Source: Gnetum montanum (taxonomy: Eukaryota > Plantae > Gnetophyta). Taken from it: 64,000 nucleotides of DNA. Location of the stretch: positions 1 through 64,000 of the forward strand of contig MNCI01002470.1 in assembly GCA_015680685.1 (NCBI GenBank), read 5' to 3'. A model generated the notes under the pieces. The model did not search any database. It was not told where the DNA came from and saw nothing but the letters and a program-made list of their open reading frames with translations. The translations under genes and the position numbers were made by a program. This document shows positions 53,789 through 64,000 of this stretch, piece by piece. Numbering within the stretch: the first letter of the stretch is position 1; each line of letters opens with the position of its first letter.

Positions 53789-53882
53789 GTATATATAAAA
53801 TTTTTGCCATGCATCAACGGGGCTGCATAGACAAGGCTATGTAAACGTAGGAGGATGTGTATACAGGGCCTAGTTGATGTAG
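53789..53882 (-). promoter_or_regulatory. Candidate internal promoter of the E accessory ORF (palindrome array + TATATATA)
   Basis: Five CGTCGACG-like motifs at about 14-bp spacing. GGCCTAGTTGATGTA here matches GGCCTAGTCGACGTA in the E LTR (50250-50264). The TATA lies on the ORF side. Confidence 0.6.
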
Positions 53883-55449
53883 TTGTGCTTTGAATATTTA
53901 TTTGGGTTGATTGTTAAAGAAAAGGTCCAAATTTGTGAATTGGAGCACAACATGGGGATGAGGGATCGTGCGATGGTAAGCATAGAAACAATTAACCAAC
54001 CAAATCAAGGGGATAGGATATTAACAAACAGAACCAAAGGATATGTAAGTGGGTCCTCCCCATAGCAGGTGGTAGCCTCAGTAACCCTTGCATATCATTA
54101 ACATAGGAGTCTGCGGGCCCCATAGTTAATTAATGGTGACCATGAGTTAATACCCAAATCCATGAGAACCAATCGAAGAATTAGCAATTCTAGAAGAACA
54201 CGATAGACATTCAAGACATACAACTAGCAATGAGGTGAATAATGGGAAGAAAATGATGAAGGGAAGAGGGAGTGAGATGGAATTCCTAATGTTGGTCACA
54301 TAAAATCTCTTGTGAAGTGTGTAATTAAGTGACTTGGTAGGATTCATCCTTAGTCTAGACCCAAAACCAACCATGTTCAGTGACATCGCATCAATATTCA
54401 AAGACTAGTCCATCCCCTCGGGGGTACAAGAATTCTCCCAAAAACAACCACCACTCCAACATGAGTGAGCGAGAGGAAGTGAAAAAGGGGTTAAGTTAGA
54501 GGGGATAAAGAAAGTCCCATAACTAGTTCTTGTAGCCTGTTAGAGATAGTCTAAGGGGTATGCTTTGAATTCCCATGTGTTTGTTGTTTTTTTTTCTAGG
54601 AACCACACCATGCAAAGACCCATGTCTTTTCACATGCATTTGGCCAAGGGGTGTGCTTTGAATCCTTCTCTTTTTTGTTTTTGTTTTTCTTTTTTTTAAT
54701 GAGGACAACACCATGCAAGGACAAATTTCCATGTAACTTACAATTAGGAGAGGATATGGAGTGGTAAGAAGTCTATGAGGACACACTTGCATGCAAGGGA
54801 ATAGAAAAGTACAAAGAATGTTGCATTCCCCTTGAAGTCACATCCTGTTCAAACCATTGGGTCCTTCTCAAGTCTAGAAACTACTCAAGTCATGAATTAA
54901 TTAATTTTTTTTTTTAATTAAAAGGGATTGCATGTTTCCAAAAGAAGGAAAACCATGGAGTGGGTGGATGGGTGGATGATGTGGACTCACTGCCTATTAC
55001 ATGAACTAAGAGTTGAACGTGACTACCAAAACAACAATGCAAAGGTGGGAGCTAGATATAATAGGTGGACCATATCATGCAACCCATCGCAAAGAGAAAC
55101 AACCGCTCCAGTACATCTTGTGACAATAAGATGACTTATTAATAAAAAATATAAAAAAACTAGAAGATAAGCACATACATACATATATATAGAAAAATAA
55201 ACAAATAAATAGATAAGTAAATAAAGAAAGAAAAAGGAAGCAAGAATGGCAAATGTACGAACGATGTTGTAAAACAAAAAGGTGTAAAACAAAAATTTGC
55301 AAAAGCAACTAAGGAGCTAGTAGAATTGATTAGCATAGAAGGTGATCTCCCTCATCACTAAGTTGAGAGGAGGAGATCCAAAAAATGGAACAAGGTTGGC
55401 TTTGTGATGAGAGGGTAGTGGCACTGGTTCATTGGAGTTTGTGGAAAGG

Positions 55450-58400
55450 TTTTAATTATTGTGTATTAACTAACTGTGTTTTTTTGAGATCCTGAGGTTT
55501 GTGTATAAGAAAGGCCCCAAACAAAAAGGTTTTGGAAACAATATAAGGTCCATTCCATAGTGTTTAAAACTTAGTATGTTGCAGTACATGTGTGGGGTTC
55601 TAGTAGAGTACCTTATCTCCATGTCGAAATGTTACCTTCTAAATCCTAAAATCATGACATTTTTAATTATAGGCCTTGTGGATTTCATTTCATGATAGGG
55701 CTACTAATCGATTCTCATCTAGCATAGTCAAGTTGATGAGTCATTCTCATTGTGCTAGTGATAAGTCAAGACCCAAGTCACTGGTAATAGATAGTGTTCA
55801 GAGTTTTGCCTGAACTAAAGGTTTCGGTAGTTTCCCGTACACTAACTCGTAAGGAGAGTAGCCTATAGAAAGTTTTCATGTGGAGCAATAGGCCCAAAGG
55901 GCATCATTAAGTTTTTTGCTTCAATCCCTCCTATATTTGCTAATGGTCCTAGTTAGGATCCTTTTAATCTCCCTATTTGTGACTTCGGCTTGCCTGTTGG
56001 CTTAGGGGTGATAAGGTGTTATAAATTTGTGTTCAACCCCCAAGTGTTCCATAAGTTTATAAAAAGTAGTGCCCATGAAATGAGTTCCATTGTCTAAAAT
56101 GAGTGCATGTAGCACCCCAAGCCATTTCACAATTTGTTGGTGGACAAATCGTGTAGGTGTGTTTAAGGAACAATTAGTAACGACTGCTTCCTCTACCCAC
56201 CTAGTACAGTAGTCTACCATGACGATGATGTATGCCTTCCCATTAGACATGGATGTGATGGAACCCATGATGTTAATGCCCCAAATATCAAAGGGTTCCA
56301 GTGGCTAGATCCACTGTTGGTATCACTCCATTCATGAAGTCATCCCACCATCTCTTTGACATCGTTCACAGAAGCAAGTGAACCATTGCGCATCTCTAAA
56401 GAGTGTCGGCTAGTAATATCTCATGAGCATGATCTTAATGGTCGTGCATCATCCAACATAGTGGCCACCACAAGGGCCCTCATGAGCATCTTGGAAGATG
56501 TGTAGTGTATCCATATCAAGACTGCACCATTAAACCAAGCCATCCACACACACCTTGTAATGGTGTCCATTGATTTCCATGAAATGCTTGGCCTTGTGAA
56601 GAAACTACTACTTCCTTCGATCGTCCCACTCTTTTGGTAATTCTTGTGTTGAGAGATAGGTGAGGATGTCACTGAACCAAGTTGATCCTATGGGCATCTC
56701 CTTATCAATTGCTCCAACAAAGAGGAGTTCGTCTGGAAATTGATCGGAACATGGCTCCTCCTCCTCTAAATTGTCCCATCATAGTCGAGATAAGTGATCA
56801 GCAACCACATTCTTAGTTCCCTTGCTATCTACCATAGTAAGGTCAAATTTGTGAAGGATCACAAGCCACCATATGATATAGGGACTCACCATTGGTTTTT
56901 TCATCAGGAACTAGATGGCACTATAGTCAATATGTACAAACACCTTGTACCCAAGCACATAGTGTCAGAATTTTTCCAAGGTGAACACCACTGCCATTAA
57001 TTCATTTTCAATGGTGGTGTAGTTGAGCTGAGCACCCATAATGCTTTAGCTTGCACAATGGATATAATATGGACATCTCTAGTCATCCAACTATGTAAGC
57101 ATGGCTTCCAATGCATAATTAGACACATCTATCATTATATGAAATGGTCTAGACTAGTCGGGTGCTCATAGAATTGGAGTTTCTATGAGTTTTTGATCGA
57201 GTGTTTGGAATGCAGATTTTCATTCCCTGGTCCAGAAAAATGAAGTGTCTTTCCTTGTGAGTTTCACCAATGGTTTGGCGATCTTCAAAAAATTCTCAAT
57301 GAAGCATTAGTAATAACTAGTGTGGCCAAGGAATGATCAAAAATCTTTTATAGCACTTGGTTGACTGGTGATTCCTTAGATGACCTTGATTTTTTCAGGA
57401 TCTACACTAATCCCTGCTTGTGAAATGCAGTGCCCTAGAACAATGCCCTCTTAGACCATTAAGTGGTTCTTTTGCCAATTGAGCTGTAAATTAGTTTCCA
57501 CACATCTTTTTAGAAATTGCTCAAGGTGGACCAAAGCTTGTTCAAATGTTACTCCGTAGGTAGAGAAGTCATCCATGAAGACTTCTATCCCATTGCCAAT
57601 ATGCTGAAATATGTTGAGGACAAGGCATTAGAAAGTTGCAGGTGCATTGCATAGGCCAAAGCGCATCTTCTTATATGTGAAAGCCCCCTAGGGGCTTATG
57701 AATGTTGTCTTGGCCTGATCTTTGGGAATGATTTGGATTTGGTTATAGCCACTATAACCATCCAAAAAGCTATAGTAACAATGCCCCGTAATGGTATCCA
57801 ACACTTGATCCACAAATGGAAGTGGGAAGTGATCCTTGAAGGTTGTCATGTTTAGTGGTTAAAAATCTATACAGACCCTCCATTTTCCACCCTTATTTGG
57901 CACAATAATAAGTGGGCTATCTACAATGGAATAGATGAACCCCACTTTCAAAAATTTCTCAATTTCCTCCTTGATAACTTGCTTTAGTTTAGGGTTCAAC
58001 CATCATTGTGGTTGTCATCGTGGCTTCATGGAGGAGTCAATATAGATCCAATGTTGGCACACCCTAGGGTTAACTCCCATTAATTCTTGATATGACCATG
58101 CAAAAGAAGCCATCCATTTCTTTACCATTTTTAGCAATTTCTTCTATTGCTCAAGAGCAAGAGTGGCATTCATGATTATCAGCTTGCCATTCTACAAGAA
58201 TGCATATTCTAGATTGGTCGGTAATGTTTTTAGTTAAAAGGGCTCCTTTCTAAAGCTTTTAGGGATCTGTAGCTTCCCCCAATCATCACTTTCATCAATA
58301 TTAGAGACTTGTTGATGAACCTTTTCCAATTCATCCATGCTTTTCATATAGGAACATACAAGGCCCTCAAATGGTTCCATGCATAAAGTGCTACTATCAG

Positions 58401-61400
58401 AGTCAGTGATCAGCCACTAGGTGCCTTCTTAATTCATGGTTGCTGCATATAGGCATCGTTGAACTTGTGATTCTTCGGCACATCGATTACATGCTTAGAT
58501 CTCTGCTTAGTAGATCAAGGTTGCTGCACACAATTGCACCTTGAGTCACTATACATGATGCATGAAACATGATTCTTCTTGATCTTCCACAAAGGATTTT
58601 CTTTTAAAATTTCAAGGGAAAGATATTGGAGTCTCAATCATGCATCCACCATGTTGAGCCAAGCTCTCCCCATTATGATTGGGAAATTCCCCTTGCAATT
58701 GTCAACCCGAATGACCAAGAAGTCAGTAGGATAGGACCACCCACAAACAATGGTCATGATATCTTCTACCAATCCCAAGGGTACAGTTATGGATTGTTCT
58801 ACCAACTCAAGCTGAATGTTGCTTTTCTTCATCGAGGATAGGTTCCAAGTCTTGTACATATCATGTGAAATCAAATTAACACCTGACCCTGAATCCAAAA
58901 GAGCATTACATGGATTTTTTCTTGCCACTTGAAGGTATATGAGGGGACTCCCTAGATCAGTTAATTTTCAAGGGAGATGACCTGCCTTTATCTAATCTAT
59001 CACAACATGTGTGAGCATGATGATTTGTACTATGGAGGCTGTTTGTCTTGAAGGTTGCTCGAAGGGTTGAATAGTGGGGACGATTGGAGGTTCAGAGGCA
59101 CTAGCCACAAGTGAATGTAAGGGTATGTTAGGGATATTAGGCTAGAAGAAAGGGAATTTCCATGGTTTTGATTTCGTCCCACTCGGCTAAGATGCTGGTT
59201 GTAAGTTGACAGCCCTCATGGCATTGCATTGCTATGGCTGTGGTGGTATCTCTCACTACATAGGTGGAGCAAGAGGTAGCTAAGTGGGGGCTTGATGAGT
59301 AGGTATGGTAGGAAAAGGTGATGGAGGATAGTATAGATGTGGGTTCTCCTCCCTAGGTCATGGAGACTCTGTTAAAAAGTATTTTGGGAGGTGGTAATGA
59401 GTTTGAAATGTCATGTGCCTCGAAGAGTCTCGTGGGGAGACTGGTTGTTGAATGTAGTACTCGTAAGGATCTGGCTACCGGTAAGGGTACTGCTGCCTTG
59501 GAGGTGGCATCCCCCATGATTGTGGATGTTGCCATTACTAGTAATACTTGTAGGGTTGTGACAATGCTCCACATGTATAATATTCTTATTGCTAGTGGAA
59601 CTGCTTGGGATTTCCTTGTGGATAAGGCAATCTTTGGGGTGTTTACCTTTTTGCCAAATTATGGTTTAGTGCATACATCTGAGACTCTTGTAGATGTGAC
59701 ACCACTGGGTAACACCCCTTAGGATGTTTGTACTAGCATATGTCACATCCATCATCCTCTGTACCAGAGTCTGTAACCCATTCTACCACAGCAACTTTGC
59801 CCTTACCTTTATGGTAGGCACATTTAGCTTCTCTTCTCCTTTGCTAATCTCACTCATTACTTTGCTCTTTGGATTCCTCCATGATTTTCAAGACACTTTG
59901 GAACCTTTCATCCAAAGAATCCCACATATTGTCAACCTTGGCCACAATTTTAGAAGCAAATTTTTGTATGGGCAAGGTCTTTCAGTTCACCGCTACATCT
60001 AGTGGTGATTCTTCCTCCTCTTCACAAAATTAGACTTCCTTCTTTCAAATGGAAGGGTCCTGATTATACTCTTCTTCGCTCTCTTTTTTACTGAATTCCC
60101 CCTCTTCTTTAGCCACTTGCTTAATTAGGTGCTATAGCTGATGGGCCTTCAATTCAAATAGTTGTCCCTGAGCATAAACGCCTAGGGCCTTTCTTGTTTC
60201 AAAGCGAAGCCCATCTATGATATGGCAGAGTTGTTCCCACTAAGAGTAGTTATGATCAGGGCATCAATGTAACAATGAATAATATCTACCCATGGTTGCA
60301 TCCAATGGTTCATGACCACCTTTTTTCCACCCTTGGATCTACCATCTTAGATTAGCCACTCTAGAGTAGGTTTGGTACTTATCATTGAAAATTTCCAGCA
60401 TCATACTCCATCTCCTGATTGATTCCAACTCCAAAGACCAGTACCAGCTTTCCACTTCCTTAATGAGTGTTCAATGGAATAGCTTGAGTTTTTGTCAATC
60501 ATTGTCTATGTTCTGTAGGTGCAAGCATCATGGAATGCTTGCGAGTCTGTAAATCACAATGGTATCCCCCTTCAAATTTTGGGATATTGTTCGTGTCAAG
60601 GTGCTTGATCCAATTTTATTTCAAGTGCCTTGGCTATGTTAAGCATGCTTCAAGTAGCCAGCAGTGGTTCATCCGAGTCATAGTCCTGATGTTGGCCACG
60701 ACGTCTGTGACGATTTTGGCTGCCTTTTGTTTCTTGATGGTGAGACTCACGTGATTGGTCACACTTTTCCTCACGTCATCCCTATCAGTCCTTGCAATCT
60801 CATCAGTCTTTTCGATCACCATCACCCCAATCCTTCCTACTACAATTACTATCAAAATTAGAACTTGATGAAGACAAGGTGGAATGATAAGATGGAGAAT
60901 AGGGAGGAGAACTACCACCATTCCAGCATCGATCTCCTCCTCTACTTTAATGATAACCCCTATCTTCATGTCCATCTTTCCCTTTCTCATGATCTTTCTT
61001 GAGTGATCCCCCATCATCCTAGTGCTCCTGGTCACTTAATTGTTTACTTTGGATGATGGACTGGATGATCTGATGCATTGTAGGAGGTTCAGCCAAATGG
61101 GAATCATGAAAAATAGGTTCCTCATCATCATGCAGGTATTGCAAGAACAAAGGGTTACTGAACTATTTCTCCTTTAAGTGTTCATGGCGTTCTACCTGTT
61201 GTCGGTCCTGCACATGTTGTGCCTTAGTTGGATGATAATCTCAGTAGTCATGATCCTCCATTATGTATTCCACACCATGGCCTTGAATGCCCAGTTTGCT
61301 AAGATTTTGAACTGGCATTCCAGGAACTGACCAATTAGGAGGTAATATGATGTTACCCTCCATGTCCCACCATCGCAGGTGCTCATCCTGATGTAGGATA

Positions 61401-61501
61401 AAGGTGAAGTTGGGGATATACTCATCTGGATGTGTGTATACCACCCAACACTCCTGTGACACTAGTGGGTTGGATCTATCTAGCCTGTGAGAAGAAGACA
61501 T
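55450..61501 (-). pseudogene. gag-pol: gag-PR-RT-RNaseH-INT of element E
   Basis: Protease ALLDSGSGVNLI. RT WRVCIDF, DHFPLPFVDQVLD, SFLDGYSGYNQI, FGLCNAPATF and IEVFMDDFS. RNase H FHIMIDVSNYA. Integrase VDYCTRWVE, LILDNGTHF and TPYHP. Gypsy domain order; many stops. Confidence 0.95.
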
Positions 61502-62567
61502 TTTTTATGTTAGATAAAAACTCAATAGGTGTGCCTTATTCTTTTACTTAAACTGCCTAGCATGCATAGATGTCACTATCCTGGGTCTGTTCCAATGAAG
61601 TGAATGATGATCTTGCTAAGACTAGATAGTGTATGTAATACTAATAATCCCTGGCAACAGCGCCAATGATGAGCAACTAGGTACCCCTACGCCCAACCAT
61701 ACAAATCATGGGCATCCACGCGCAACTCGGTCGAATTCCACAGACTGTAAGCACTTGCATACATCGAAATCTAGTCAAATAAACCTTAGTTAGAATGGTT
61801 GTTATCTTCCCAACCTCACTAGTGATATTCTAAAGTGATGGTTAAGTGAGATTGAGGCAAACAATTTTTATTGATTTTCTCTTTTATCTTTTAAAGTCTA
61901 ATTCTTTAATTGTAGGAATTGGAAAGTTGTGTAAATTATAATTGTTTTACTCTATTGCTTAACTCTTCCTAGCATAAGCAACCGATCCCATCTTTCATGC
62001 ACATCCTAAGCATACCCTAACAACTACTGGGTTACCAGATGTAAAGCATCACTAGGTTACCAAGTGTTTGATATATGTTCGAGATTGTCATGCCTATGGT
62101 TCTCATAATATATGAAAGGATAATAATAGTAAAGTGATAACAATAAAAGCTTTGGGAATTATTAAAGCGCTGAAATATTAGACTATTAAAATTCTTAAGT
62201 AATTAAATCCAAGTGCTAAAAGGAATGCTCAAAAAGCTTGTCTTTATTGTCAGTCACACCAATGGGCTCAGGTATATCAATGCTCGAATAAAGAGTTGTA
62301 CACCTTTCTCACACCTGTTGCGAGCACTTGGAAAATATTCTAACTCTTACAAGAACAAACTGCAAGAGTTTGGCTACAACTACTCCAAAATATGCCATAA
62401 ATGCTGTAGGTGCACACATATTTATAGTAAGAGATAGACCCTACATTAATGAGGTCGCATTAACGCATGGACGGATATGTCGATGAGGTCACGTCATCAC
62501 ACCCGCATCAACAAGGCTTCGTTAATGTGGCCCAGTCAAAGTATCAACTGAACACTTCATCACATAC

Positions 62568-63300
62568 TTTTTTGGGTTGGTCTTTATTAATCCAAATGTT
62601 CTATCCTTCCAAGATACTTCTCTGTTTCAAACCTTATCTCTGTCATGTCAATCAACAAACTTAACAATAATCTATTGAGGTTTATTACTCTTAGGACCAA
62701 GTCTATTTGCACTAATTATTAAGGTAGAAGAAATGTGTGATTTTTTCTTAAAAAAATATAGCATGACCTTCAAAAGGTCCTCATCATGTTCTTTAGAAAT
62801 TCCCACAATTTGAAGATTCTAAATTTTTTCACGTGTTTTCTTCAACTTCATGTATTTTCTTAGTAACTACATTTAAGCCTAAGTGAGAAGTTATTGTTTT
62901 TGGCTTAAGAGAATTTAACTTTCACTACAAAGTATCCATATTTTTTTGAACTTGAGTTGCTTCAAAATTTGATAATAAATCCTTCAACTCTAGAGTGGTT
63001 ACAATTGTTTATATCTTTTTCATCACAACTTCAACCATGGATTCCAATTGCATCACCCTAGATGCCACAAAGTTCAAAGTTGCAACCATGTTATTTCATT
63101 CCTCTTAAGAAATCGTAAATCTTACCATTAAAACCCTACTTATTGTACTTCTCAAAACTATATCAAATGGAATACATTCCTTTCTTAGCTTTAGTATACA
63201 AAACGATGAATCAAAAATCAATGTAATGCTGAAAGCCCGAATTAGATCTATGATCCACCAAATCACCAAAATTGCTAGCACATAAGAGAATTTCACACTT
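62568..63300 (-). mobile_element. ORF1 portion of the LINE interrupted by element E
   Basis: NLQIVGISKE (about 62791-62820), and NIWINKDQPKK-V-CKKSRR reads straight across the CATAC TSD into 49383. Both resemble LINE ORF1 motifs. The outer boundary is approximate. Confidence 0.72.
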
Positions 63301-64000
63301 AAGTGAATTAAGATCTACCTTAATAATATATTGAATTCTATGAAAACCACAAGTTGTAGCTAGGGTTTCAAAATTCTTGATTGGGCTAATTCAAGAGATA
63401 ATATTCTTTTTAACTTTTTGAAAAATCAATGAAAGATCTAATATTTCAACAAAATAAGGATCCCTTTGAAATTTAGGAGATGATGGATTTTTTTAAAAAA
63501 TTCCATTTTTGAATAATTAATAAAGCATGATGATGATTAAAAACACCAATATCAAGAACCTTAGAAACCATGGCCAAATCACTAAATTCCATGAACAAAA
63601 ATGAGTTTGATAGATAATGTGCATGGATAATATACAATCCTAAACCTTTCCAAACAAAATTTAAATGACTTAAAAAACTTGTGAAACAAGTTAAATAATC
63701 CAAAATTTAAATAAAAGCATACATTTCAAAAATTATCTGAGTCATAGATTCAAATAAATCATCAAGTAACTTGGAGAATGACAAAGAAGCAATGGATTCA
63801 CTTGAAGGATCACCTACTGAATCTAGCAATATTGCAGGTAATACCAAATATATTTTCTAGAGAAATATCAAATCCACTAAAAAATCAAGTTCACTAAAGA
63901 AACATCAAATCCATATGAAAAACATAAGGTCTAAGATTTTCTTTTGGAGTGCTAGAACTCATAGTGAGGACATGTAGCCAACATGATACTACATCTATTA

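Larger units (their letters stand above)
49389..62562 (-). mobile_element. Full-length Athila-like Ty3/gypsy element E (13.2 kb; gag-pol + env-position ORF), inactivated
   Basis: LTRs 49389-50283 and 61667-62562. Perfect TSD CATAC at 49384-49388 and 62563-62567. PBS TGGCGCTGTTGCCAGGGAT (61647-61665) matches the plant tRNA-Asp complement TGGCGCCGTTGCCGGGGAT at 17/19. Confidence 0.97.

Noticed and set aside
59360-59722. Antisense ORFs in gag Pro-rich tails (also 34698-34904 and 60530-60754)
   Set aside because: Shadow frames of low-complexity gag sequence, not conserved between copies.
63300-64000. Second LINE endonuclease fragment
   Set aside because: Only faint motif resemblance and it is cut by the window end.

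Overview
AT-rich, CpG-depleted land-plant nuclear DNA made almost entirely of nested, decayed retroelements; I found no host gene. It opens with a 37-bp tandem repeat, a 942-N gap and a 1.2-kb CpG-intact LTR-like segment. It then has RTE LINE copies, a short Copia element, and four Athila-like Ty3/gypsy elements with TGATGA...TCATCA LTRs and a tRNA-Asp PBS: A 13851-20053 (-), B 21887-36552 (-), C 37308-45593 (+), E 49389-62562 (-). Only E has pol. A SIRE-type Copia sits inside B (23066-28927), and C and E both interrupt one old two-ORF LINE. Most interesting: in B, C and E the env-position ORF is preceded by an internal copy of that element's own LTR palindrome array plus a TATA box. A candidate 5'-UTR intron follows, ending directly on the ATG in A, B and E. 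This suggests a separately promoted accessory gene kept in pol-less lineages. All coordinates and alignments were read by eye, and family names rest on motif recognition, not searches.
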